A DNA stretch of 63,416 nucleotides, filler included, from Candidatus Woesearchaeota archaeon CG1_02_57_44 (GCA_001871415.1; 4 parts of 4 records of this genome joined end to end with filler, not necessarily neighbours in it); one strand, 5' to 3'. Shown: positions 20,601 to 33,114, counted from the first letter of the whole stretch. The notes: generated by a model from the sequence alone, not told the origin. Numbers and translations are program-made.

Positions 20601-23600
20601 TGCCGTCGTAGCATTCTCCGTGCGTCAGCCCCGCCTGGGCATCATCCTGCTGTTCATCGCCCTTGGACTTGCGGGTCAGGGCCTGACAGGGCATGTCATC
20701 GCCACGCTCGAGCCTGGAAATGGCGGCTCCATTACCCTCGCGTTCCATGAGAATAACAGCATCCCTGTGGGGAGCCGCGTGGAGATATTGCTCGCCGACC
20801 AGACCGGCGTGCTGCAGCTGATAAACAAGAGCATCCTTGATTTCCAGGACCAGGTCAACGCGTCCTACGGTGAGGTCATAACCGATGGCTCACCCTGGGG
20901 TTTTGAGGACCATGTGTTCACGCCCGCAGATATCACCCTGCTGCTCAATGACTACCTTAACCTCAGCCTTCCACCAGGAATATACACTATTGCCATGGAA
21001 GCCTATTATAACAATGGCTCCTGGCGGCGCAGCCTGGCCAATGCCTCAGCGCCGTTCAGCATCGGCCTTGCCAAGGGCGCGGTAAGCACCCAGCCCGGAG
21101 CGCATCCGTTCTGGACGCCTGATCAAAATCCCGTGACGTGCGAACTCGCTGGCGATCATTGCGATGTCACCTGGGAAGTCAACGCGACAAGCAGAGGAAC
21201 GTATGAGTTCTACCTCATCGTCGCAGGAACCCAGGGGCAGAACGTGCAGGAAGGCGCGGCGTCTGTACTCAGCCAACGCGTCAATATCACGGTGTCGCGC
21301 ACAGCAGAGGATCATCTGCCCCCAACGATTCTTGACCTTGGAAATTCCACAGGCCAGGACATTCGCATCACCTGGCGAACTGATGAGCAAGCTACGACGA
21401 ACGTCAATTGGGGTCGCTCGACCGCCATGGGCTCCATCGAGCAGGGCACACGCGGCAAGATGCATGTATTCTCACTTCCCAGGACGGTCGGCCTGACATG
21501 GTATAATATCACCAGCTGTGATGACCAAAACAACTGCATAACCCTGGGACCATTCAGCGTCAACGCAAAGCCCCTGACCCGGCCTCAGGTCAGCCTGCCC
21601 CCGCAGGCCGAGCGCGCGCTGCAAAAAGACCAGAGTTTCGCGTATGAGGTGAGCTCAGACTCTGACCTGCAGGACTGCCGGCTGTATATCGACGGAAACC
21701 TGACAGAGCTTACCACAGAAGTGCGCAAGGGCTCTCGTCAGGTCCTGCGCACGACATTGCAGCCAGGCAGATACAACTGGAGCGTGTCCTGCCTGGATGC
21801 CGCTGGCATGGAAGCGAACACGAGCGGAGTAAGGACAATCTTCGCTCTGCAGGGCTTTGACGGTGAGACGACAGCGATAGCGGACGTGCCAACGCTTGAC
21901 TCCGTCTCAAATCTACGCCTGGAAAAACTGGGCAATGGTCGCGTACGATTCAAGGAGCCAGTCAATCTGAGCGAAGGACTTGATTTCGAAAGCATGGTGC
22001 ATCTGGAACACAACCGCATCGAAATCAACACCAGTGCAGCACCGGCACTGAATGTCTCGGCCGAGCTGACGCTCAAAGACGTGACATTCGCCAATCCGCT
22101 CATCCTTATGGACAACGCGCCCTGCCCGACAGACGTCTGCTCGCAGCCCTGGCTGATAGGCAATGACCTTTACTTCAATGTCTCGCACTTCACAACATTC
22201 AGCGCGACTGAGCAGACAAATCTCACCATCTGGTGGAGCAACAGCACGGACAAGTGGGGCGCAAGTCAGGTGACGTTCTATGCAAACTACACCAATGTGT
22301 CCAGCAGCCAACCCGTCCTGGGCGACGGTGTCTACTGTCAGGTGCGTGTCAATACCACTGGTGACTTTGGCGCATGGACCAACATGACCTGGGACGCATC
22401 CAACCTCTACTGGAGAAACACCCAGACGATCGATGTCGATGGGCAGGACCAGGTGCTCTGCGACGGCACGGCTACCGGGCATGCGCGCCTGAACGCGACC
22501 GACCGCTTCAACCTGACCGCGCAGGGCGGTGTGCAAAGCGGTGTCGCCCCCGTGGTCACGCTCATCCGCCCGGACAATGGCGCAGTCATCGCGAAGAACT
22601 ACACCTGGTTGAACTTCAGCGCATCAGACCCTGAGTCAGACGTCTATACGCTGCGCGTCTATGTCGGCAATGCAACGGACCCTATCCCCAATCGCCTGGT
22701 CTACATCAACAAGACGAACGCAGCGATCAGCGCCTTCAACTACAATCTGACGGCGTTGCCGATCCAGAATGGAACAGGCGGCCCTATCATGCTGCTGCAC
22801 TTTGACAACCTATCGGAGATGAAGGAGAACGGGACCGCAGTGTATGACTGGGCCAGCAAGAACGCGGTCTACGGCAGCTGCAACCAGAGCGGCTATGGGC
22901 TCATCTGCGGCACGTGGAACAACACCGGCAAGTTCGCCGGCAACTACGCGTTCAATGGGTCCAACCAAGCGTGGCTCTTGCCGCTCGCGTCCAACAGGAT
23001 GAACAATGTCAGCATCACCATCTGGGCCAACCTGGAGACGACCAGCCAGAAGGGCGCCTTTGTGAAAGTTGGCTCAGGCAACAATGGATACGGCATCGGC
23101 GTAGGAGGCGACAACTTTGATGGCACAGGAAATGACCTTATCGCCCTCTACGAGGGCGTCGCATGGTATGACTCCAATGTCAACATCGGCACGGGCTGGC
23201 ATCATATCGCCATGGTGCTCAACGCGACGGACATGCTGCAGCTATACATCGACGGGATTATCGCCGCGTCCTGGCAGACAGGAGGAGGCACCACCCCCAC
23301 CATGCAGATCCGCGCAGGGGGTTACACCGCGGACGGCCCGTATCTCCGCTTCTTCCAAGGCAGGCTCGATGAGTTCGCCATGTGGAACCGTACGCTCACA
23401 CCAGAGGAGATACGGCAGATGGCAAGAGCGCCGGCAGGCACCTACTACTGGCGGACCAACGCCACGGATACGACCGGCAATAGCAATACCTCCACGAGAA
23501 GCTTCGTCCTGGGAAGCACAGGAAGCAACGGCACAGGCACATGCCTCGCCTTGAACAATTGCGTGCTGGGTGACGCCTGCGACATCACCACGAGCTGCGA

Positions 23601-26600
23601 TCTCTACGGTCGCCTGAGATTCACCCGGTTCAACATCAGCAACAGCGCGACCGTCACGGTGCGGCCATATGACCTGCGCGGCTATGACCCCGCGACAGGT
23701 CTTGCCAATACGAGCATGGGTTGGAACTATACCGGCTTATTAGACATCGAGGCGCAGAGCATCATCATCGCGAGCGGAGCCACCCTGACCGCCAATGGCT
23801 CAGGCTATCCGCTCAATGCATCCAATACCGTCGGCCTCGGCCCGGGGGTAGGACAGTACTACAGCACGCAGACCACGGGAGGAGGCGCGGGCCATGGCGG
23901 CATCGGCGGCATCGGCGATCTCAACAATAAACTGGTCTCTACCGGAGGCAACAGCTATGGCCTCGCAGCGGCCCCCACGACCTTGGGCAGCTCAGGATCA
24001 GGCACCGGGAGCCAGCAGGGATCAGGCGGAGGAGCAATCAAGCTCAACGCCACGAGCGTGACCATCTCCGGCAGCGTCCAGGCATCCGGCCAGCCGGGCA
24101 TCGATCGCGCGTCTGGCGGGAGCGGAGGAAGCATCTGGATAGTGGCAGGCGCATTGACCGGAAGCGGCAGCCTCAATGCAAGCGGTGGCGAGAATCAGGC
24201 CAATGCCAACTACGGCGGCGGGGGCAGCGGAGGACGCATCGCAGTGCATACCTCATCCTATGCCTTTACCGGCAGCTACGTCGCGTATGGCGGACAGGGC
24301 GACAGCAACAGCCACGCAGGCCAGAACGGCACGGTCATCGTGCTCGACCCTGCGACCATGGATGTTTTGCTGCCGGGCACGTTCACCTTCAGCGCCAATG
24401 AAGGAATCAACCTATCCCTGCTGCCCAAGACCGACGGGGTCTATCAGTTCCGCAATCTCAATATCACGGGCACGGCTGTCGCGCTCTCCAACTGGACCAA
24501 CATGACCAATGGCAGGGGGCCCACTATCCTCACGAGCGGCAATACCACGATACTCGGCGCGCTGGTCGCGGACCAGCGGGGATACAGAGCCAGCGACACC
24601 AGCGCCAGCGACGGCTATGGCCCGGGGAGAGGTGTCTACTACAGCACCTGGGGGCGCGGCGGAGGCGCAGGCCACGCCGGATTCGGCGCTGCGGGCGACC
24701 GGGACAATGAGGTGCCATCCGCAGGAGGCAATATCTATGGCAGCGCCCTGGAGCCCACGCAGCCCGGCAGCTCCGGCGCAGGAGTCTCTGTGCATGTCAA
24801 CACCTACGCGGGCGGCGGTGGCGGCGTCATCCTGCTCAATGTGTCAGAGAGGCTGGTGTTGCAGGGATCGCTGAGCGCCAGCGGAGAGCCGGCGACGAGC
24901 AGCACCTACGGCGGCGGGTCCGGAGGAAGCATCTGGCTCATCGCCGACAGCATGGACGGCAATGGGAATATCACGGCAGCAGGAGGAAACGGCGGCGGAT
25001 CCAGCAGCTACGGAGGTCCCGGCGCAGGAGGACGCATCGCTATCCATTACACGACCCGCTATAATTTCTCCGGCCTGTTCAATACCAGCGCAGGCGCCGC
25101 GTACGCCAATACACGGGGCGCCATGAACGGCACGGTGCTCGTCATCCAGCGGTCGACCGGCAACGCCATATTGCCTGAACATTTCATCTTCGACCCTCTC
25201 AGCGGCATCAGCAAGACGCTCACGCCGAGCACAGACGGCACCTACTATTTTGGTGAGCTGAACATCTCCGGCGTTGCATGGGCATTGACCAACTGGACCA
25301 ACACGACCAATGGCAGAGGCCCGGTCATCATGGTCAGCGGCAACAGCACCCTCTTAGGCCGTCTGCTCTCCGATGGACTTGGCTACGGCAGGTATGACAC
25401 CAGCGCGAGCGATGGGTATGGTCCCGGTGGCGGCATGTACAGCAGCACCACCGGCAGGGGCGGCGGCGCTGGGCACGCAGGGTACGGTGGCGTGGGTGAC
25501 AAGGATAATGCCCTGACCACGCTCGGCGGGAACATCTACGGCACTCCCCTGGAGCCAACGCAACCCGGGAGCAGCGGCGGCGGAGTGCACACCCATGGAA
25601 ACTCGTACTCCGGGCGCGGGGGCGGCGCATTCATCCTCAACGTGACCGGCCGCCTTATCATGGATGGAGCGCTGGCCGCTGACGGCCAGTCCGCGACCAG
25701 TACCCAATATGGCGGCGGCGCGGGCGGCAGCATCTGGCTCATCGCAGACAGCGTGGATGGCCGGGGCACTATCACTGCCACAGGGGGCAGGGGCGGCGGA
25801 TCAACCAGCTATGGCGGATCAGGATCTGGTGGACGCATAGCCATCCACTACACCACGCGATACAACTTCACCGGCAGCTTCAACACCACCGCCAACCCGG
25901 GATATCCAAATACCGGAGGGGCCATGAACGGCACGGTGCTGGTCATCCAGCGCACGACAGCAGACGCTATCCTCCCCGAACATTTCCTCTTCGACGCACT
26001 CAGGGGCATCGATGTTACGCTCGCGCCCGCCACGGATGGAGAATACCATTTCGGCACCCTGAACATCACCGGTATCGCATGGGCCCTGCCGAACTGGACC
26101 AACCCGACCGACGGCAAAGGGCCTGCCATCATCTCGACGGGCGACGTGACCGTGACCGGCCAGCTGCTGGGCGACAGGACAGGATACTTCAATGCCACCA
26201 CCGCCGCAACCCATGGATACGGTCCTTCGCTCGCGGCCTATTACGTGACCAGTGGCAGGGGTGGGGGCGCCGGCCACGGCGGCTATGGCGGCAACGGCGA
26301 CACCAGCAATCCCACGGTCACCAAGGGCGGAAGCATGGTCGGCTCACCACTGCGTCCGGTGCAGCCGGGCAGCAGCGGAGCCGGTATCGGTGTGCACGGC
26401 TCAACCGCGGCAGGCAGAGGCGGAGGCGCGATAATCATCAATACCACCCAGACCCTGACGATGGCCGGCAACATCAGCATGACAGCGGCCAGCGCAGGGG
26501 CGAGTCAGTATGGCGGCGGAGCGGGCGGCAGCATCTGGCTCATTGCGGACAGCGTTGCCGGCAGCGGCATGCTGATGGCCTCTGGCGGAAACGGGGGAGC

Positions 26601-29600
26601 CAGCAGTGGCATGGGCGGCGGCGGCGCAGGAGGAAGGATAGCCATCCACTACGCCAGCTCCTATGGCTTCACCGGCACCTTCAACACCACCGGAGGCATC
26701 GCCAGCACGAATTCATGGGGCGGCGATAACGGCACGGTGATCGCCATCAATCCTGCGACAAGAGATGCGTTCCTGCCCGCTGACTTCATATTCTCTGCCA
26801 CCGACGGCTGGGATGACACGCTGCAGGAGGATACGACTGGGCGCTTCAGCTTCGGAGCGCTCACCCTCCGGGAGAACGCCACGGTCTGGTCATACGGCAA
26901 CTGGACCAACACGACCAATGGCCGCGGTGTCCGCATCTTCGCCTCCTCCATCGGTGTAGAGGACTACGCGCGGATGCTGGCAACAGGCCAGGGCTACAGG
27001 AATGAGACGACCGCCGCGGCGGAGGGACTGGGCCCCGGACGTGGAGGCTACCGGGGGACGAGCGGCGCTGGAGGCGGGGCAGGCCACGGCGCGATGGCGT
27101 TGTTTGGGGACACTGATTCCCGGCTGGAGTCACCAGGCGGCGCGATCTATGGCATCGCCATCGAGCCGACAGAGCTGGGCTCATCGGGAGGAGGCACCGG
27201 CATACACAGCACCAATGTGGCAGGCAGAGGCGGGGGCGCGTGGTACCTGAACGCCTCTGGCGCCATCGAGGTCAACGGGACCATCGCTGCCGACGGCCTC
27301 AATGGCACGTATCGCTATGGCGGCGGCGCGGGTGGAAGCGTCTGGCTCATTGCCCAGACCATCAACGGGACGGGCAACGTGACCGCGGACGGCGGCGGGT
27401 CTGTCGGCGACAGCAACTACGGCGGCGGAGGCGCAGGCGGTCGCATCGCCATCCATTACTCGTCCGGCGCAGCGCCCCTGGGCATTGGGGTCTCTGCTAC
27501 CGGCGGCATGGGAGGAGGCGCACGCCCCTCGGACAATGGCACTGTGCTCATCGTCAACAGGCAGACCAGCGACGCCATCATCGCGGGGCCCTTCAACCTG
27601 GAGGCAACCTCCGGCATAGACAGCGCGCTTGCCCCATCCACAGACGGCGTCTATCACTTCCATAACCTGAACGTCACGGGCTCCTCGGTGGTGGTCTTCA
27701 TGTCCAATTGGACCAACAGGACCAATGGGCGCGGTCCTGCGCTGGTCCTGTCGGGCAATCTCACTGTCGACAGTGCGGCGATGCTCACCGCGGACCGCCA
27801 CGGCTACTTCAACATGTCGACCGCCACCATGGCTTCAGCTTTCCCCGGCGGAGGCAACCGGTCAGGATCCGACGGGGGCGGCGGCGGCGCGCTGGGAGGC
27901 GTCGGTGGTGTGGGGTACACATCAGAAGGGAACTCCAATGGGGGTGAACCGCATGGCGATATCATCAGGCCGACCAGCCTCGGCGGTATGGGCGGCGGCA
28001 CTGCGGTGCATTCCTCGAATTATCTGGGCAGGGGCGCTGGCGCGATGCAGCTGAATGTCAGCGGCATCGCGAGGATCTCCGGCACCCTGAGCGCGTCAGG
28101 CCAGCACGCCACCTACCGCTACGGCGGCGGATCGGGCGGCAGCATATGGCTCATAGCAGGCTCGGTGCTGGGCTCGGGCATGATCAACGCCACCGGAGGC
28201 AATGGCGGCGGTGACACAGGCATCGGCGGAGGCGGCAGCGGCGGTCGCATCGCGATATACTCGTCCAACAATTCCTATACCGGTTCACTGCTCGTAGAGG
28301 GAGGTCTTGGCTCAGGCAACAGCTACCCCGGTCAGCGAGGCACCATCTACCTCTGCACCAACCTGTCAGGGCAATGCCCCGGAGGAGTCAGTCCCACGCT
28401 GAACTCATCATACGACATCAACACGACGGTCAATCTCAGCAGGACGATTACTGCATGGTCGAGCAGCAGCATGCTGTGGAATGATTCCTCATCCAACCTC
28501 AGCAATGTCGGCTACTACACGGTTGGCGGCCTGAGCGCCAGCAGCCCGTACCAGATCCTCAATAATTCCGACCTGCGCCTGCCGGTCACCACTGACGGTG
28601 GCGGAGCGTTGGCTACCTTCAACGTGTCGCTCGCCCTTGCCGCAAGCATCCAGGTGGAGCCAAAGCCCAATTCGGCGCCATGGGTGTCGATCACCGCTCC
28701 TGCCAACAACTCAGGGACGTCAAGCGCATCGGTCTTCTTCTCCTGCAACGCAACGGATGATACAAGCCTTGCCAACATCAGCCTGTACATATGGAACCGG
28801 ACAGGCCTTGTACATACCAATACGACTCCCATTGAAGGCGCAGGCAATGCGACCAACTGGACCGTGGCGCTGCCTGCCGCCGAGCTCTACACCTGGAACT
28901 GCCTCGGCCAGGACACGGGAAGCGCCCAGAACTTCTCCATCTATAACTACACCTTCCTGTTCCCGGGCAACATCACCGCGTCAGGCTTCACGGCGCCCTC
29001 CTCTGCGACCGTCGACACACTATTCAACGTCACCGCGAACATCACCTGCGCCGGCGGCTACTGCCATAACATCACACTCACCCTGCAGGACCTGAATGCC
29101 TCCACCTGGAACGCGTCATGGGCCTATCGCCACCAGGTCAATGTCTCGCTATCCTATGGCACAGGCCCCAGGAACTACACGGTGCGCCTGGACCTGAACG
29201 CAACCAGCATCGGCTCTACCTTCGACTGGTCTGACGCCTGCACTGACCTTCGCATACTCAACAGCACCATGGACGGCCACCTGCCCTACTACATCCAATC
29301 CTGCGACAGCTCGGCCCAGACGGCCGTTGTCTATGTGCGCGTCCCTGACAATCTCACGACGCAGGGCACGATCCTCAATCTCTACTACGGCAGCGGTAAT
29401 CCGGTCAATGTCTCGGACCTGAACGCCACCTTCGACACGCTTGGCAACTGGTATGAGCATTGGGCGTACAACGACACCGCGGACTGCAGCGGCCCCGAGA
29501 ACTGGACCAGGATACACTACGACCAGGGTCTCTGGCCGATCGCTGCCGATGTCCAGTCAGACACCTGGAGCGGGGACAACACGGATTACCGGCTGCGAAG

Positions 29601-31595
29601 GCCCATCTACCTGCCGACCGTCTCCGGCTCTGTCATCCACGCGGTCAGCGACGACGGCATCTGGGTCTACAGCGGCGACGGGCAGCTTGTCGGCAATGCC
29701 GGCGGGACCTCCTGCCACGCGGGCGGGACCTCCAACCAGGACTGGAACATCACGAAGAACCTGACCGTGGGCGTCAATGTCATCGGGCTGTGGTGCTCAG
29801 AGGCAGGCGGTGGCGAGAACTGCCAGGTCACGTCCTGGGATGTGCCGGGCGCCTATCGGATGCAGAACATCCCGACGCCACCGTCGGTGAGCTTCCTCGG
29901 TGCCACGGCGGAGGGCGCGGTCAGCTCTGAGACCACCCAGACACCGTCGTATCTCGTGCAGGGGCCCCGGGGGACCGACAATCCTGCCACCATAACCCTG
30001 GAGAGCGGGCAGGTCTACCAGGTCAACTGGACGCTCAACGCCTCTGGCAGCATCGGCGATGTCATGACCTACGCGGTGCTGGCCAACGTCACCCTGCTCC
30101 AGCAGGACGGCACCTACGCTGTCGCGACAGTCAGCACGCAGACAGCCAACGTATCGGCCCCTGTCCCGGACATATCGATCATGGGCCCTGGCGATCTGCG
30201 CGGATCAAACACCCCGAACGTCACGTTCTGGTACAATGTCTCAACAACAGCACCAAACAATTGCTCGCTCTTCATCAACGGCATCAGGAACGCGACCACG
30301 GACAGCCCAAGCATAGACACGCCACTCTCCTGGTCTGTGATCAACCTACCGGTCGGTCCACTCAATTGGAGCGTCAACTGCACCGCTGACACTGAAGCCA
30401 ACAGCAGCGTCTTTTCGCTCACCATCTTCAACCAGCCGCATACCTACGCCGGCCAGACCACCAACCTCAGCCAGGTGCAGGATATACGCGCGGTCGGCAA
30501 CCTGACCGCCGAGGTCCCCCAGACCGCATTGATCAAGTGGAACGAGCCGGTCAATCTCATCAATGGCACCAACTTCGCGCTGCAGGTCAATATGTCGCCC
30601 AACCAGGTCGCGCTGAACAGCTCAGGTATCCTGCTCCTCAACACCTCCGCGCAGCTGACGCTCTTTAACCTGACCTTCGCGTCGGCGGCGATATTCCACG
30701 ACGGACAGGCCTGCACCGCGACGACGTGCAGTGACAAGATCTATTCGGGAGGCAATCTCACCTTCAATGTCACCGGGTTCTCCAGCTACAGCGCGGCCGA
30801 GGAGGCCAACCTCACCATCTGGGACGATACTGACACGCTGGACATCAACCGCAACCGCAACATCAGCTTCTATGCCAACTACACCAACATCACGAGCGGA
30901 GCGTTCATCAACGCTTCAGGGACCTACTGCGAGATCGCGTTCAACCTCACTGGCGATTGGAGCTCCTATGAGAAGATGAACATGAGCACACTCGTCGCGC
31001 TCTACAACTACACCCGGCAATTCACGCAGACCGGTGTCTATTCGTACAATATCCTCTGCAATGCCAGCGTCATGGGGCACGCCATCCTCAACGCGACCGA
31101 CGGCCTCGCGGTCAATAACACGGCACCATGGGTCGTCCTGCACCTGCCTGTCAATGGTAGCAATGTCACGCTCTCGCATGTGCGGCTTAATATCACGGCT
31201 AATGATACGGATGGTGATGTCTATCTGTTGCAGGTGTGGGCCGGCAATGCTTCGCCCTATGGGCTTGTCTTTCAGAACGTGACCGGGGGCCTGCAGAATA
31301 TCACGTACAACTTGACGGCGGTGCCGGTGGCGCCGGGTGAGGATGATCTGGTGCTTCTCTTGCATTTTGACAACTTGTCCAACCTTGGAGAGAATGGCAC
31401 ACGCATGGTGGATTCCAGCGGGAAGGGCAACAACGCCACCTGCGTGCAGACGGGGTATGGCCTGCACTGCCCAGCCTACAATAATGCGAGCAAGTTTGCG
31501 GGTGGTTATGCGTTTAATGGCATCAATCAGTCTTTGGTTGTTGCTGATGATGATACGTTGAATATGAGCAGGCTTTCGGTGGCTGCGTGGGTGTG
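17686..31595 (+). CDS. Giant (>4630 aa, 3'-truncated) membrane-anchored surface protein/adhesin with Ig-like, LamG, six Gly-rich repeats and a DUF2341-like domain
   Basis: Uninterrupted 13.9-kb ORF. TMs at ~18520-18580 and ~20560-20700. LamG motifs (LLHFD, WHHIA, FQGRLDEFAMWNRTLT) at ~22790-23430 and from ~31345. Six GG(S/A)GGS(I/V)W repeats. WAYRHQVNV...VYVRVP...LYYG at ~29100-29400. Very dense N-x-S/T sequons. Confidence 0.9.
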
Positions 31596-31695
31596 NNNNN
31601 NNNNNNNNNNNNNNNNNNNNNNNNNNNNNNNNNNNNNNNTTAATTAATTAANNNNNNNNNNNNNNNNNNNNNNNNNNNNNNNNNNNNNNNNNNNN
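31596..31695. other. Artificial contig-joining linker
   Basis: N44-TTAATTAATTAA-N44. Confidence 0.98.
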
Positions 31696-31712
31696 CGAGA
31701 GGTAAGGGCGCG

Positions 31713-31799
31713 ATGGTCCTGTCACCAGAGACGCAAGCGGAATTTCAGCGCCTTGTCGAAGGACACCGTCGTCTGCTTGAGGCGATAGGGAAGCTGTAG
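31713..31799 (+). CDS. 28-aa microprotein MVLSPETQAEFQRLVEGHRRLLEAIGKL
   Basis: GAGGT RBS upstream; amphipathic helix; below the ORF-track cutoff. Confidence 0.6.
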   Translation: MVLSPETQAEFQRLVEGHRRLLEAIGKL

Positions 31800-31801
31800 T
31801 G

Positions 31802-31939
31802 TTATTGCAAAGCACGGGGTTGAATACCCCGTCCTTCAGGACGTGCTTTGCAATTCAAAAATCCGCCTGCAATGACGAGGCGCGGTAATACCGCGGCCTT
31901 CAGGCCGCGGTTAGCGCCGAGTGGCGGATTTTTGTTATT
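31802..31939 (+). mobile_element. 138-bp structured non-autonomous element, copy 2 (complete)
   Basis: TTAT-TGCAAAGCAC...GTGCTTTGCA-ATT-CAAAAATCCGCC...GGCGGATTTTTG-TTAT; starts 2 nt after the microprotein stop. Confidence 0.85.
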
Positions 31940-32026
31940 ATTTTCTTCGGGGTTCATTCCCAGGTTGATGCTATTTCTATTTGTTTTCAGAAAAGCATAA
32001 AAGCAACCTGCCTGAGAGCGCAGGGA

Positions 32027-32188
32027 ATGGCACAGGAAGACGGGCGCATCGGGTTTCTCAAGGAGCAGATCACCAAGTTCGAGCAACTCAAAGCAAAAAG
32101 TGAGGCGCCGGAGCGTGTACAGGGTGTGATTGACGCATACAAGGAAGAGCTGCAGGAACTGTCGAGCGGGCTTGAAAACTGGGCATAA
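32027..32188 (+). CDS. 53-aa helical hypothetical protein (MAQEDGRIGFLKEQITKFEQLK...ENWA)
   Basis: Open frame with coiled-coil-like pattern and host-like codon use; CATAAAA box ~30 nt upstream. Confidence 0.6.
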   Translation: MAQEDGRIGFLKEQITKFEQLKAKSEAPERVQGVIDAYKEELQELSSGLENWA

Positions 32189-32253
32189 TTTCACTGCTCA
32201 TAATGACATAAATTATTTATAGAATCCATCCTGCAATGCCACGTGGTGATACT

Positions 32254-32760
32254 ATGAATAAAATGGCAACAGGAACATTGCTTGCGCTGCTCCTTGTCGC
32301 AGCGACGCTCATGGTGGCCGTTCTTGCTGGGCCATCGTCCTCTGCGGGCAAGGGCGGTGGAAAGTCAGTCGCGGCCTGCAATGACCGCATCGACAATGAT
32401 GGCGATGGGCTCATCGACCTCGCTGATCCGGGCTGCACCGACAAGAAGGATAATGATGAATATAATGCGCCTGCTATCTATTGCGGTGACGGGGTCTGCA
32501 ATGGCGCAGAGACCTGCTCTTCCTGCAGCGCTGACTGCGGGGTCTGCGACAGCTGCTCTGATACAGACTTCGGCACTAATATCTATGTGCAAGGCACGGT
32601 CTCGGGTGCCCTAGATGGCAGCCCTTATAGCTATGCTGACCAGTGCACTGACGCGAGCACCCTCACAGAGTACTACTGCATTGCCGGCCATGCATACACT
32701 GATACCTGGAGTTGCCAGACCAACACCACCAGCGTGTGCAGCAACGGCGCCTGCGTCTAA
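32254..32760 (+). CDS. Secreted Cys-rich protein with CxDxxDNDGDGxIDxxDPGC (Ca/metal-binding) motif
   Basis: GGTGA RBS, signal peptide, CNDRIDNDGDGLIDLADPGC, CGDGVC..ETC..C..DC, C-terminal CSNGACV. Confidence 0.82.
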   Translation: MNKMATGTLLALLLVAATLMVAVLAGPSSSAGKGGGKSVAACNDRIDNDGDGLIDLADPGCTDKKDNDEYNAPAIYCGDGVCNGAETCSSCSADCGVCDSCSDTDFGTNIYVQGTVSGALDGSPYSYADQCTDASTLTEYYCIAGHAYTDTWSCQTNTTSVCSNGACV

Positions 32761-33114
32761 GCGGCTATTTGCTTTTCCTTTTTTCTTCTCTTTTTCTCCC
32801 CCTTTCTCAGGGTTCCGGCTCCTTCACCAGGATCCGTCAGCTTCATGCGGGCGCTGCGGACGCATCCGGACCACTTCTTCGTGTCTCCTGTCCGCGGCAA
32901 GACGTGATTGCTGATGGTACGGGCTCTTGGAGGCCAATACGCCAGCGTCAGGGAGACATCCTTGCCGGGTAACCATCGCGCACGGACACAGGAGCATCCT
33001 AGACCGCCCCAGACCATGGCATGGATGCGGTTCGCCTGAGCCTAGCCAGAGGCAATATTAATCTACTATCTATTCCAAAATGCTGTTTCAATATAAAGCA
33101 ATGAGGTGAATACC

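Noticed and set aside
17686..31595. Diversity-generating retroelement target or template
   Set aside because: No reverse transcriptase and no near-identical repeat pair differing only at adenines was seen; the internal repeats are diverged at all bases.
31802..32194. 130-aa minus-strand ORF (and 48770-48982, 37456-37650, 49567-49839) as genes or transposase remnants
   Set aside because: They read through the non-coding repeat elements and show no HUH/DDE/RuvC motifs.
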